Assembly: GCA_965262715.1 (NCBI GenBank)
Contig: OZ253553.1
Coordinates: 2,816,001-2,880,000, forward strand
Reading direction: 5' to 3'
From: Bdellovibrionales bacterium
Lineage (GTDB): Bacteria; Bdellovibrionota; Bdellovibrionia; Bdellovibrionales; JAUICD01
DNA: 64,000 bases
The notes below the pieces were generated by a model. It saw nothing but the letters and a program-made list of their open reading frames with translations. It did not search any database and was not told the DNA's origin. Shown piece by piece: positions 9,672-21,242 of this stretch (the stretch's first letter is position 1; each line of letters starts with the position of its first letter). The translations under genes were made by a program, and so were the position numbers.

Positions 9672-11513
9672 TTGCAATCAAGCGCGCTTATTATAACTGA
9701 CAATAAAGTTAATAATTTAACAATAGGAGTGGAAAGCATTTCAGATCCGAAGATGGCATTTCCTCTTGCTGTCAATCAATTTGAAACAATCATTGTTGAT
9801 TCTGATCTTTTTAAGTTTGAAGAACTTCAAGATTTATTAAGAAACATAGAAACTCAATCACCTCATATGCAAAAAATCATTTCAATGTCGTCTTTAAGTT
9901 CCGAGCAGCTTTTGCAATTAGTCAATCAATTTGAAATTTTTAAAATCTTAGAAACATTTGATAATAAGGAATTAGAAAAAGCTATCGTAGAGTCTAAGGA
10001 AGCATTTTACTATTTGAAGCAAAATGAAGATCTTATTAATCTCTATGATGAACAAAATAAAAAACTTCGAGACTCAAAAAAATCACTTGAAACTCGCATC
10101 AAAAAAAGACAAGAACACCTAGAGTCACTTAAACAAAAAGCCTTAGAAAGTAGTGAACAATTAAAAACTTTAGTACAAACAATTATACGTATTCAAACTG
10201 CTGATTCCTTTGAGGATATAGAGATTGGCATCACCCAAATGCTTTCGTCCTTTATGTATCTAAGGGAGGTTAAAATTATGTTCAACTTAAATAAATCAGA
10301 GTCTTTGAGAAAAGATGATCAAAAATTTAATCTACCAAAAGATCAATATATATTTGACTTGGAATTAGAGCCAGGTCTTCCAGGTCATATTTTATACTGT
10401 AAACAAGGAAACTTCAAATCATCTGAAAAAAAGATTCTCAGGCAAATAAGTGAAGCTGCTGCTTTAACTATCAATAAAATACTGGTAAGACAAAAAACAG
10501 AAACTCTAAAAAAGCAATGGGAAAGTACTTTCCAATCCATTATTTACCCTATTGCAATTATTGATGAAAACTTTAACCTTCTTCAATTCAACAAAAGTGT
10601 GCTTTCTACACATCAAGAGAAATGTTTTCAAATTTTATTTAATCGAGACTCTCCTTGTGAGAACTGCCAAATGAAAAAATCTGAAGGAAGTTTTAAAATC
10701 TCAGATTCCAATAAATATATTGAAGTTTTAAGTCGAAAGTTTTCAGATGTTCCTTTATCTTATGTAAATGTTTATAAAGATATTACAGAAGAGGTGCTTT
10801 TAGAAAATCAAATCTTAGAAAAAGCCAAAGTATCAGAGTTAGGTATTATTGGTAGTAGTATTGCGCATGAGCTAAATAATCCTTTATCTGGAATTATTGT
10901 GCTCTTACAGATGATTGACAACGAGGTTTCTAAAAATAGTAAATATAGAGAGGATATCTTGCAAATGAGAGATGCTGCAGAAAATTGTCGCAAAATTATT
11001 GATAACTTGCTCAACTTTTCTAGAGTGTCGCCTTTTACTCAAAGCTCATCTATAGATATTAAAGATCTAATTTATAAAACTATTCACTTAACAGAACTAA
11101 AAACCAAATCTCGAGGTATTCATATTATAGTAATAGACAAAGCCAGTCATCATGTTCTCACTTTACAAACAGAAATAATACAACAGGTTTTGACAAAATT
11201 TCTTACTGTTATTTCTGAGACAGTTATTAAAGATATTGAAATAGACTTTCCTAAGGTTTTAGAAACAAGTAAAAGTATAAAAAACAAAGAACAAATTGTT
11301 ATCTCACTAGTTACAAAAGACTCTTTTTATAAAGTCATGGCTGATGTTTTTTTAACTCATGATCAACCACTACTTTCTGATGTAGACATAAGCTACATTG
11401 CCAGTCTAGTGGCCTTTTTAGGAGGAAGCTTGACCTTAAGGCCTTATGATGGAGAAAAAGCCCAGGCTGAACTGAGCATTCCCTTTACCAAAGAACCAAA
11501 AAGCCTCAATTGA
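9672..11513 (+). CDS. sensor histidine kinase-like protein with degenerate ATPase domain
   Basis: H-box SIAHELNNPL; N and G boxes not recognisable. Confidence 0.75.
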   Translation: MQSSALIITDNKVNNLTIGVESISDPKMAFPLAVNQFETIIVDSDLFKFEELQDLLRNIETQSPHMQKIISMSSLSSEQLLQLVNQFEIFKILETFDNKELEKAIVESKEAFYYLKQNEDLINLYDEQNKKLRDSKKSLETRIKKRQEHLESLKQKALESSEQLKTLVQTIIRIQTADSFEDIEIGITQMLSSFMYLREVKIMFNLNKSESLRKDDQKFNLPKDQYIFDLELEPGLPGHILYCKQGNFKSSEKKILRQISEAAALTINKILVRQKTETLKKQWESTFQSIIYPIAIIDENFNLLQFNKSVLSTHQEKCFQILFNRDSPCENCQMKKSEGSFKISDSNKYIEVLSRKFSDVPLSYVNVYKDITEEVLLENQILEKAKVSELGIIGSSIAHELNNPLSGIIVLLQMIDNEVSKNSKYREDILQMRDAAENCRKIIDNLLNFSRVSPFTQSSSIDIKDLIYKTIHLTELKTKSRGIHIIVIDKASHHVLTLQTEIIQQVLTKFLTVISETVIKDIEIDFPKVLETSKSIKNKEQIVISLVTKDSFYKVMADVFLTHDQPLLSDVDISYIASLVAFLGGSLTLRPYDGEKAQAELSIPFTKEPKSLN

Positions 11514-11630
11514 AGTCCAAATCTTAAAGCGTCTAATCTTCTGTAAATTGACAAGAAAAGCAAAACGCTTTTACTCTGATTTAAGCCTCATAATTTTCTT
11601 AAATATATTTTAGGCTAGGAGATAAGCTAG

Positions 11631-12713
11631 ATGGATCAAATAAAAAAAGAAACAGTTCATGACTTTCAAAAAAATACTATCTCCAAATTACCTTCATCTA
11701 TACAAATCTCAAGTGTTCAACGATCATCATATAATAAATGTAATAAAAAATTAGTAAATATCATTGGACAGAGTTTAGAAATCATAAAGCTTCTAAACTT
11801 AATTGAACGTATAGCCAATGTTAGCTCTAATGTATTGATTACTGGTGAGACAGGAACAGGTAAAGAACTTGTTGCTCGTAGAATCCATAACCTTTCTTCA
11901 CGAGCAAATAAGCCATTAGTTTCTGTCAATTGTGGAGCCATTCCTAGAGAGATATTAGAAAGTGAGCTTTTTGGTCATGTTAAAGGAGCTTTCACTGGAG
12001 CTATTTTAGATCGAAAAGGTCGTTTTGAAATGGCAAATGGCAGTAGTATCTTTCTAGATGAAATAGGGGATATGAGTTGTCACCTGCAAGTTAAGTTATT
12101 GCGAGTTTTACAAGAAAAAGAATTTGAACCTGTAGGATCCGATAAAACTCTACGTGTAGATGTTAGAATTATTGCAGCTACAAATAAAAACTTGGAAAAA
12201 GCAGTTGCCGAATCTCAATTTAGAGAAGATCTTTTTTACCGTCTTAATGTTCTTCCTGTGCATGTGCCTTCTTTAAGTCAGAGACGTTCTGATATTCCTC
12301 TTTTGATTGAACACTTTATAGAAAAATTTAATCAACTCAATCAAAAGAAAATTGAAGAAGTTTCTACTGATGCTATGAATTTACTATACTGGTATGCTTG
12401 GCCAGGTAATGTTAGAGAACTAGAAAACCTTGTAGAAAGATTAGTTTTCTTAAAAGATGGAGGTCTCATTGATGTTCATGATATTCCACCACAATATCAA
12501 ATGACACCTAAATGTAATGATCCTGTATCTGCTGTTATATCTGATTTATCTAGAGGGATTGATTTGAACTCTGTTATAAACCAATATGAGAGCAGTTTGA
12601 TTTTAAAGGCTTTAGAAAAGACAGGATGGAATCGCAATCAAGCTGCCTTACTTCTTAATATTAATCGCACCACTCTTATTGAAAAAATGAAGAAAAAAGG
12701 ACTTAAAAATTAA
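11631..12713 (+). CDS. sigma54-dependent transcriptional activator (AAA+ and Fis HTH), no receiver domain
   Basis: GETGTGKE, GAFTGA, FLDEIGD, WPGNVRELEN, C-terminal HTH. Confidence 0.93.
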   Translation: MDQIKKETVHDFQKNTISKLPSSIQISSVQRSSYNKCNKKLVNIIGQSLEIIKLLNLIERIANVSSNVLITGETGTGKELVARRIHNLSSRANKPLVSVNCGAIPREILESELFGHVKGAFTGAILDRKGRFEMANGSSIFLDEIGDMSCHLQVKLLRVLQEKEFEPVGSDKTLRVDVRIIAATNKNLEKAVAESQFREDLFYRLNVLPVHVPSLSQRRSDIPLLIEHFIEKFNQLNQKKIEEVSTDAMNLLYWYAWPGNVRELENLVERLVFLKDGGLIDVHDIPPQYQMTPKCNDPVSAVISDLSRGIDLNSVINQYESSLILKALEKTGWNRNQAALLLNINRTTLIEKMKKKGLKN

Positions 12714-12915
12714 AATATATTTTTAGGTTCATAACTAGTTAGGAAAAAACATATTCATCTTATGCCATATTAAAAGGAAAGACTTATGAGAAAATCAATT
12801 AAAAAACTCACCTTGCTACCTTTATTGATCATGCTAGTTGGATGTTCAGAAAGCTTGAGAAAATATGCAACTTTTAAAGAAAGAGGATCACAAACTCAAA
12901 CATTTGTAGACAATA

Positions 12916-13220
12916 TTCAAGATTTTCTTGGAAATGAAGTTATGGAGAGCGATAATATTCAATGTCAAATAGAGACAAATGATGCATTTAAAGATATGGA
13001 TATGAGAATATTTTTGGAAGAACTTCTTTTTAGCGTAGAGTTAAAAAGTGTTGTTAAAGCCTTACATAATGTAGTTGAAGGTGATGATATAACATCAATA
13101 GATATTGAGAAAATAACTACTGCGGAAGTTGATCCATCTATGTATGAAACTCAAGCCTTTCTTAGTTTTCTAGAAAGAACTTCAGAAGGAGATATCAATA
13201 ATTATAATTCGGAACTAAGT
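12916..13220 (+). repeat. 305-bp target-site direct repeat, second copy 15174-15478
   Basis: ttcaagattttcttgg...ggaactaagt abuts both IS ends. Confidence 0.95.
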
Positions 13221-15173
13221 CCTGAGTTTGACAGTTGCGAAAATAAAGTTGAGTTATTTTAGTTAGTTACAGTGGATGTGTGATTTTGTACCACTACATT
13301 TTGATTTTGTGGTAGAGATTTAAGAGATTGTTTGTAGGTTTAAGTAGATTCAATTTTAAGTTGTTTTGATGGGATCTTAACTCCTATAGCTTTAAATACA
13401 TCAGCGTTATTGCCATAAATATCTGTTCTTATCCAAATAGTTTTGTTTTTATATCTGACAGGTATAGCTCGTACTTCTTTCAGCTTTGACATAGCTTCCG
13501 CTACACTCAATGGCCTTGACTTTATTCTCTTGTCTGTGATCGCTTTATCTTTTAATGTGATGTTTCTTTGATGTAACTTCTTTGCAAAATAAGCCTCACA
13601 TAAGTAAGATAAAAAACACACAACTAAATGACCTAATATCCTCTTATCTGTCCAGTGGAACATAGGACGTGTCTTTAATGTACCCTTCAACTCTCTAAAT
13701 GAATTCTCTACCTTCCATAATTGCTTATAGTTCATTATAATCTCTTCAGAGCTTAAATCTGTGTTTGTAATTATTCCAAAAAAACCATCTGTCCTCTCTG
13801 ATTGTTCTATAGCTGACTTATTTAAAGTAGGCTTGCCTTTACTCTTAGGATGAACAATATACTTCTTATAATTACTATTAGATAAAAAAGATCTTGTGCT
13901 TATGGACTTCTTTGATAATTGAGCTTCTATCTTAGATAGAATATCTTCTCTTACTTTCTTATCTCGTTCTGCTCTCTTTCTCGACCAGGTAATTATACAA
14001 CGATCATTATTATAGCTTGTCTCGTATATAGCTAAATCTTCATTTATAAATTTAAAATTCTTTAAATTGTATATCTCTGCATGACGATCCTTTAATAAAC
14101 CTAGCTTTAATCCTACTATAAATTCATCTCCCTTTGCTTTTAATGATTGGAGATTCTCATTAGAAAATAAACCTCTATCTCCTACTAATATAAATCTTCT
14201 GATCTTAAACTTCTTTTTTAGCTTCGTCATAACTGAAGGTATTGTTTTACCTTCAAATGTATTCCCAGGATAAACATCAAAGCCTAAGGGCATACCTTCT
14301 GTATCTACTAAAAGTCCAAATACCACTTGTGTGCAATCACTCCTCTTCTCTTTGCTATAACCAAACCTTCGAAGATTATCTAAATCCTCACGGGTACTCT
14401 CAAATCTCAATGTCGTTAAATCATACAAAATAACATCACACTCATTGAAAAAACTTAATTGAGACTTACCTCGCATATAAAGAGTCTTCTCTATATCTTC
14501 TTTATGCTTACTTAGAATATCTAAAGAACGATAAATGTCTTGAAGATGAAGCTCCCCTTCTAAAAAATCAGGATAAAATAACTTCTGCCAGTGTGAAAAT
14601 ACTTTAAGCTTAGAACAAGGCTCTACAAAACGACTTATAACCAATGTAAAAATAATCTTAACAAAATCAAATTGCACTTTACGATGCTTCTGTTTTAAAT
14701 CTGTTAATAATCTATAGAGATTTAATTGTTTAAAAATAGTATCTATTATAAGCAAAGGACCTAAAATAAAAGTGTCTTTTACATCAATCTCTTTTAATAA
14801 CTTACTAGCAGGAATTATCTCTAACTCTTTAGATAATACTTCTAGAAGCTTCTTCAAGTTAACTTCCTTATCCGCGGCTTTACCTAAAGACATTAGAATC
14901 CTTTGCTTCACTTGAGAACCTAATCTGTAGCTCTCAACAAGATGATAATATATGTCTCCTCTCGGATTTCTTGTAGACCTTATGAACATAAAAATACATT
15001 ACAAGAAAAATATAAAAAATAAAAGAAAATAAGGTATATGACGCGTAGTGTATGATAAATAAGTACACTACACTTTTTGACCAAAATACAAACACAATAA
15101 CCGCTAATGACTATAAATACAACATTCCTTGAAAAAAATATCACGAAAATTCAAATTAAGTGTCAAACTCAGG
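13221..15173 (-). mobile_element. IS1634-family element, 1953 bp
   Basis: 13-bp TIR CCTGAGTTTGACA; long direct repeat. Confidence 0.95.
13340..14989 (-). CDS. IS1634-family transposase
   Basis: YDLTTLRFE, FGYSKEKRSD, VGDRGL, YKQLWKVENSFRELK. Confidence 0.95.
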   Translation of the reverse strand: MFIRSTRNPRGDIYYHLVESYRLGSQVKQRILMSLGKAADKEVNLKKLLEVLSKELEIIPASKLLKEIDVKDTFILGPLLIIDTIFKQLNLYRLLTDLKQKHRKVQFDFVKIIFTLVISRFVEPCSKLKVFSHWQKLFYPDFLEGELHLQDIYRSLDILSKHKEDIEKTLYMRGKSQLSFFNECDVILYDLTTLRFESTREDLDNLRRFGYSKEKRSDCTQVVFGLLVDTEGMPLGFDVYPGNTFEGKTIPSVMTKLKKKFKIRRFILVGDRGLFSNENLQSLKAKGDEFIVGLKLGLLKDRHAEIYNLKNFKFINEDLAIYETSYNNDRCIITWSRKRAERDKKVREDILSKIEAQLSKKSISTRSFLSNSNYKKYIVHPKSKGKPTLNKSAIEQSERTDGFFGIITNTDLSSEEIIMNYKQLWKVENSFRELKGTLKTRPMFHWTDKRILGHLVVCFLSYLCEAYFAKKLHQRNITLKDKAITDKRIKSRPLSVAEAMSKLKEVRAIPVRYKNKTIWIRTDIYGNNADVFKAIGVKIPSKQLKIEST

Positions 15174-16800
15174 TTCAAGATTTTCTTGGAAATGAAGTTA
15201 TGGAGAGCGATAATATTCAATGTCAAATAGAGACAAATGATGCATTTAAAGATATGGATATGAGAATATTTTTGGAAGAACTTCTTTTTAGCGTAGAGTT
15301 AAAAAGTGTTGTTAAAGCCTTACATAATGTAGTTGAAGGTGATGATATAACATCAATAGATATTGAGAAAATAACTACTGCGGAAGTTGATCCATCTATG
15401 TATGAAACTCAAGCCTTTCTTAGTTTTCTAGAAAGAACTTCAGAAGGAGATATCAATAATTATAATTCGGAACTAAGTGCATTGAAAAGTCTATGGTCTA
15501 ATTGTCAAGAAAACCCACAAACTTCCTTGTCACGTGAAGATCAGCTTATAAAAGATGTATTTATGTTTTGGAGAGACCACATGATATCTGTAAATCATAT
15601 TAACAATTGTCAGGAAGAGGTTAGAGCTTATGTATTTAATAATGATGAGTTATCTTTGTACATAGAAAGCTACATAAACCCTCTACAGACTGGCACTCAA
15701 CAAAATGCTGATCAAGTGATATTAGAATTTAATGATATAAAAGAAATACAAGATAACTGTACTGTGGATGAGGGTTTGGAGCTAACTGATCCTCAAAGAG
15801 AAGCTGAACAGCTTATAAGAGAGATGTTTGCATTTTGGATTGATAAAATGATACCTCTTAATAATAATGTTTGTCAACAGGGTGTGGTAGACTATATAGC
15901 TGGTAATGATGAGTTAATACTTTTTATAAATGATTTATTCAATGTTGCCCTTGATCCTCTTAATACTATATATGATGATATCAGTGAACCTGAGAGTCCA
16001 TTTCGAGATCGCATGAGGGGCCACTTGGATGAATTGGAGAGCAATTGGGATATGTGTATAAATGGCTAGGGGTTGCCTGCTGGTTTTAAGTTTTGTAGAT
16101 AATCCTCAAAAGGCAAGTCGCTATTGTCAAGTTCTTTGGAACAGAGTGCCTCGCCAATAAGGCTACCAGCCAAGCTTTCTAACTCATTGGCACTCAAATC
16201 TATTTTTAGCATTTGATACAGGGTAGATCCCGCAGCAATAACACGACCGATATAAGGTAGATTTTTCAAAGCCTTTCTTTTCAATTTGCCAAATCGGCTC
16301 AATAACCTTAGAGATTTTGTTTCATAACAATTTGAGCTGACTTTTAGGGTGTTTAACTTTGTGCCTATTCTTTTGATGGCTTATGATGCGCTCTTTCATA
16401 AGCTTTTACTATTATTATAATAGATGTCTGATCTTTGTATCTCGTCAATAACTTTAAATAAATGAGAAGATCTAACTTTTTATTAAGAAGCTTTATTTGA
16501 TCTTATGTATTTGAAATGTCTTCTTTGCCAAATATATAGCTAATGTGCTAGCTTCTCTTATGAGTTTGTCTTCGATGAGTTTCTTTTCTTAGATTCATTA
16601 TAAAGGGCATATTTGATGTTGATCGATGAATAGATGAGGTAGGTTTATCTATTGATCCAGAAAGAAATATTTTAAAAGAGACAATAACACTGTTGAGTGT
16701 AATGTAAAATGTAAAGTAGAGTTCATCAACAAAAATAAAACTTGTATGAGATAGTAAGGACAGCAAATTTAAAATAAAGTTCTGAAAAAGAGTAGCAGGA

Positions 16801-17637
16801 ATGAATAAAAAGCTAGCAATACCAGAATTATTAGAACAGGCGAACAAAAGTCGTATTTTGATTTTACGTATGCTTGAAAAGGCAGGCAGTGGTCATCCTG
16901 GAAGCTCCTTATCTGCTATTGATCTTATTACGGCACTTTTTTTTAGGCAGATGCATTTTAAACCTCAAAATCCGACTTGGCCAGATCGAGATCGCTTTAT
17001 TTTAAGTAAAGGGCATGCAGCTCCTGCTCTTTATGCCACCTTAGGTTACTGTGGATATTTTGACCCAGAAGATACATTGTCTTTACGCAAACTAAATAGT
17101 CCTTTTCAGGGTCATCCTGATCATATAAGAATCCCTGCTGTAGAGGCTTCTACAGGTTCTTTAGGTCAAGGTTTATCTGTATCTATCGGAATGTCCCTTT
17201 GCGCGCGTATGGATAAGAAGAGTCATCGTATTTACTGCCTTATAGGGGATGGTGAGATGCAGGAGGGGCAAGTATGGGAAGCTATTATGTCAGCTGGAAA
17301 TTTTTCTTTAGATAACTTATGTCTTATTATAGACTGCAACAAATATCAGATTGATGGTCGAGTAGATGACATCATGAGCTTATCTCCTCTTGTGGAAAAA
17401 CTTCAGGCTTTTAAATGGAATGTCTTACAAATTGATGGACATGATATGCCTCAAATTGTAAAAGCTTTTGAAGATGCTTCTTCTCATAAAGGGCAGCCTA
17501 CTGTGGTGGTTGCTCATACAATTAAGGGTAAAGGAGTAAGCTTTATGGAAAATGACAATCATTGGCATGGTGTGGCTCCCAACTCACAGGAATTAAAGCA
17601 AGCTCTTGATGAACTCAATTCACCATCTGCAAAATGA
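16801..17637 (+). CDS. transketolase, N-terminal (TPP-binding) subunit
   Basis: SGHPGSSLS, DRFILSKGHA, TGSLGQG, GDGEMQEG. Confidence 0.95.
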   Translation: MNKKLAIPELLEQANKSRILILRMLEKAGSGHPGSSLSAIDLITALFFRQMHFKPQNPTWPDRDRFILSKGHAAPALYATLGYCGYFDPEDTLSLRKLNSPFQGHPDHIRIPAVEASTGSLGQGLSVSIGMSLCARMDKKSHRIYCLIGDGEMQEGQVWEAIMSAGNFSLDNLCLIIDCNKYQIDGRVDDIMSLSPLVEKLQAFKWNVLQIDGHDMPQIVKAFEDASSHKGQPTVVVAHTIKGKGVSFMENDNHWHGVAPNSQELKQALDELNSPSAK

Positions 17638-17794
17638 TGAAAAGATGGCAATGCCAGAAGCCTTTTTTTGCAAAACTAAAGATATAATTTTAATAAGAGA
17701 AGGTACATATCAATAACGAAGATGAGGAGATACAAGTTTATCACATAACCTTTTTTTGGAAAATTAAAGATACAGTTTAAACGAGGAGGTACGT

Positions 17795-18736
17795 ATCGGT
17801 AACGAAAAAGCGACGAGGGTGAGTTTTGGGGAGTCTTTGTTAGAGTTGGGAGAGGAGTTTCCAGAGATTGTGGTTTTGGATGCAGATTTGTCTAAGAGCA
17901 CGCAGTCTGCCTTATTTGCTAGGAAGTTTCCTGAAAGATTTTTTCAGATGGGTATTCAGGAGGCCAATATGATTGGAGCGGCTTCTGGCATGGCCTTTGA
18001 TGGGAAAATTCCTTTTTTATGTTCTTTTGGGGCTTTTCTGACGGGTCGGTTTGACACTATACGTGTAACTGTTGGTTATGGTGAGGCAAATATTCGATTA
18101 GTGGGTACTCATGCTGGTATTGGCATTGGAGAAGATGGAACGACACAGATGGCTTTGGAGGACTTAGCTTGTATGCAGGTTATACCTGGAATGAGTGTAT
18201 TTTCTCCGGCAGATGATATAGAGACGAAGGCTCTTATGAGGTACTTGGTAGATCATAAAGGCCCTGTTTATTTAAGGTTAACTCGTCAAAAAGTTCCTCA
18301 AGTTTTTGAAAGTGGTTACCAATTTCGTTATGGAAAGTTCACAGAGGTTAAGGAAGGAAAGGACGCGCTCGTTTTGACCACGGGTCATCAGACGGGTTTA
18401 GGCCTGCAAGCGGCTAACTTATTAGAGAAAGAAGGAATAAGTCTTGCTGTTATGAATGTTTGTACTATTAAGCCTATTGATAGGAAAGCTATTGAATATT
18501 GGATAAATCGGGTTCCTTTTATTTTTACGGCAGAAGACCATAATGTGGTAGGAGGTATGGGCAGTGCTGTGGCAAATGTCATGGCAGAGAAGGCTTCACA
18601 AGCTAGGCTTGTTAAAATTGGAGTTCCTGACACTTTTGGAGAAAGCGGCCCACCTAATGCTCTTTATGAAAAGTATGCTTTAGATGCCACAGGTATAGCC
18701 CGCACTGTCAAAAGTCATCTTTCTTTGGTATCTTAA
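17795..18736 (+). CDS. transketolase, C-terminal subunit; probable ATC start
   Basis: KATRVSFGE, DADLSKST, GIQEANMIG, GEDGTTQ; AGGAGGT 4 nt before the in-frame ATC. Confidence 0.9.
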   Translation: MGNEKATRVSFGESLLELGEEFPEIVVLDADLSKSTQSALFARKFPERFFQMGIQEANMIGAASGMAFDGKIPFLCSFGAFLTGRFDTIRVTVGYGEANIRLVGTHAGIGIGEDGTTQMALEDLACMQVIPGMSVFSPADDIETKALMRYLVDHKGPVYLRLTRQKVPQVFESGYQFRYGKFTEVKEGKDALVLTTGHQTGLGLQAANLLEKEGISLAVMNVCTIKPIDRKAIEYWINRVPFIFTAEDHNVVGGMGSAVANVMAEKASQARLVKIGVPDTFGESGPPNALYEKYALDATGIARTVKSHLSLVS

Positions 18737-18789
18737 GTTATTGGGTGTTTTTTTCAAAAAAGTTATTTATATTTAATAAGGAGGTCCCA

Positions 18790-19539
18790 ATGATAAAAAA
18801 AATTATTCAATTATTCATTCTTTTTATAATAGGCTTATTTGCAAATCCTTCTTATGCAAAGATAGACATAGCTATTTATGGAGGTATGAAACGGTTTAAT
18901 GGAACGACAGTGAATATGCCAAGTGAAGCTGGGCCAAAGACAGATTGGGAAAACCACTCATGGATTTTTAATACAGATGTTTTCTATAGGTTACCTGCGG
19001 GTTTTAGTATTGGTTTAAGGTATCAACATCTTTTATCGTCAGGTATGTATATCAAGGTACCAGATACACAGTCTTCTTCTAATGATACGCAGTCTAGTTC
19101 AGAGACAGAGGCTGTTGAAGCAGAATCAGGCCCATTACAAGAGTTTTATTCTAACGCTGGTCGGATAGCTCTTTTGGGACGCTATAGGTTTATCAATGGC
19201 TCAGATACAGAGGGGTTTTTTACGGGAGTGTTGGTTGCATTGGATGTGTTTAAATTTTTTATGTTTGATATGAACAAGACAGAGGATGAATTTTCTGTTG
19301 ATAAAACGATGACAAGTAACTCATGGTTGTGGGAAAAATTAACAGGTCAGGTTGGTTTTGAGGTGGGTTTTAGATGGTCTCATCTTTTTTTAAAGGCAGA
19401 AGTAGGTTATGATTTATTTTCTTTTAGTAATTTAAGTTGTAGTTCTCAAGTAGGTCAGTGCGCAACCCATACTCCGGAGGATTCGTTCAATTTAAATTCT
19501 TTTTACGGTATGTTAGGAATAGGCTATGCCTTCAAATAA
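18790..19539 (+). CDS. outer-membrane beta-barrel protein
   Basis: SD AGGAGG, signal peptide, amphipathic strands, C-terminal GIGYAF. Confidence 0.7.
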   Translation: MIKKIIQLFILFIIGLFANPSYAKIDIAIYGGMKRFNGTTVNMPSEAGPKTDWENHSWIFNTDVFYRLPAGFSIGLRYQHLLSSGMYIKVPDTQSSSNDTQSSSETEAVEAESGPLQEFYSNAGRIALLGRYRFINGSDTEGFFTGVLVALDVFKFFMFDMNKTEDEFSVDKTMTSNSWLWEKLTGQVGFEVGFRWSHLFLKAEVGYDLFSFSNLSCSSQVGQCATHTPEDSFNLNSFYGMLGIGYAFK

Positions 19540-19566
19540 ATGTCATAAAAGGTCATATAACGAACA

Positions 19567-20664
19567 ATGAAACCGACTATTTTGTGTGTTGATGATGAGA
19601 TTGACAATGTTGAAGTCTTAGAAAGGACTTTCCGCACATCTTATCATGTTATGACGGCTACTTCTGGTTTGGAGGCTCTTAAGTTATTAGAGCAAAAAGA
19701 AGTGGCTGTTATTATTAGTGACCAAAGAATGCCTCAAATGACAGGGGTGGAGTTTTTTCAGAAGTCTATTTCTTCACATCCTGACACCATACGTATATTA
19801 TTGACGGGCTATAGCGACATAAGCTCTGTTATTGATGCTATTAATACCGGTCAGGTTTATCGGTATATCACAAAGCCTTGGGACATCCATGATTTAAAGT
19901 CTACTGTTGCAAGGGCTGTAGAACGTTACTCTATGCACAAGGAACTTCAGCAAAAGACAGAAGACCTTAAAAAAGCATATGAAGATCTTAAAAGCTTAGA
20001 TCAAACTAAGTCTCATTTTATGTTATTGATTCATCACGAGTTGAGGACTCCGTTAACAATTATTTCCAACTTTTTAGAGTTGCTGGCACAATCTGGTTTA
20101 GGTGCGGATCAGGCTCTTTATTGTCAAAAGATCCAATCTGGAGCAGATCGTTTGAATGAGCTGATTTTCTCTGTTTTAGAGATTATGGAAGCTGAGACGG
20201 GGCGATTAAAACCTGTTAAAGGCTCTATTCATCTAAAACCTATTATAGAAGACCTTCTCTCAGAACTTCAGAGTTTTGCAAAGGATAGAAAGCAAGCTTT
20301 TGACCTCCAAATTTCAGAAGATTTTGTGTGTGCAGATCAAAAAATTATAAAAAAGGTACTTAAAAAGTTATTTCAAAATGCTATTAAATTTTCAGAACCT
20401 GATAGGACGATCTCTATTCGAGCTGCTCATAAGGAAGATCAAGATATAGAGGTTTCTATAACAAATACTGGTCCAACTCTTTCTGAAGAGACTATTAGGA
20501 GTATTTTAAAGCCGTTCACACTTAATGAAGACAGCATGAAGCATAGCAAGGGGCTTGGGCTTGGGCTTAGTCTTTGTCAATCTTTATTAAAGTGTCATGG
20601 CTCCAAATTACAGATTATCAGTCAGAACAACACTATAAAAGTTAGCTTTGTTCTTAAAAAATGA
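19567..20664 (+). CDS. hybrid response regulator / histidine kinase
   Basis: VDDE, SDQRMP, HELRTPL, NAIKF, GLGLGL. Confidence 0.93.
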   Translation: MKPTILCVDDEIDNVEVLERTFRTSYHVMTATSGLEALKLLEQKEVAVIISDQRMPQMTGVEFFQKSISSHPDTIRILLTGYSDISSVIDAINTGQVYRYITKPWDIHDLKSTVARAVERYSMHKELQQKTEDLKKAYEDLKSLDQTKSHFMLLIHHELRTPLTIISNFLELLAQSGLGADQALYCQKIQSGADRLNELIFSVLEIMEAETGRLKPVKGSIHLKPIIEDLLSELQSFAKDRKQAFDLQISEDFVCADQKIIKKVLKKLFQNAIKFSEPDRTISIRAAHKEDQDIEVSITNTGPTLSEETIRSILKPFTLNEDSMKHSKGLGLGLSLCQSLLKCHGSKLQIISQNNTIKVSFVLKK

Positions 20665-20802
20665 ATTTCAATCAATAGAATGATTGTCAGGACGTGATAT
20701 TCTCATTATAATAATAAAAATGCTTTACAAACACTAAAATTTAAATTTATATTCTTATAATTTTTTATGTGTAAAAAAGTTGAGGAAGAGGGAAAATAAT
20801 TT

Positions 20803-21135
20803 ATGGCAACTCAAAGTGTTCAAAGTCAAAAAATTCATATTCGTCTTAAGGCATTTGATTACAGACTACTTGATCAATCAACAAAGGAGATCATAGAAAC
20901 TGTTCGGAGGACAGGCGTAAAAGTTGCGGGACCTATACCACTTCCTACTAGAATTAATCGCTATACTGTTTTAACATCGCCGCATGTAGATAAAAAATCA
21001 CGTGAACAATTTGAAATTCGCACTCACAAGCGAGTTTTAGATATTTTAGACCCAACACAGCAAACTGTTGATCAGTTGATGAAGTTAGACCTTTCGGCGG
21101 GAGTAGATGTAGAGATCAAGTTATCGGTAGTTTAG
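20803..21135 (+). CDS. rpsJ: 30S ribosomal protein S10
   Basis: [27 protein letters not shown]. Confidence 0.98.
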   Translation: MATQSVQSQKIHIRLKAFDYRLLDQSTKEIIETVRRTGVKVAGPIPLPTRINRYTVLTSPHVDKKSREQFEIRTHKRVLDILDPTQQTVDQLMKLDLSAGVDVEIKLSVV

Positions 21136-21242
21136 ATAAAGAAGTGATTTGATAAGACTTTATAGTAGCTTAGAAAACTTGATGGACGTTTTTTTCAAAT
21201 AATGGGAATATAAATTTTCAATTAGAGGTTAGGGATAATATA

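Larger units (their letters stand above)
12786..16069 (+). pseudogene. acidic lipoprotein interrupted by IS1634 (pre-insertion gene = 12786-13220 + 15479-16069)
   Basis: Lipobox LVGC; the two ORF halves share the 305-bp duplicated segment. Confidence 0.8.

Noticed and set aside
16066..16847. Small minus-strand ORFs and possible gene remnants
   Set aside because: No recognisable motif or good start; cannot be supported
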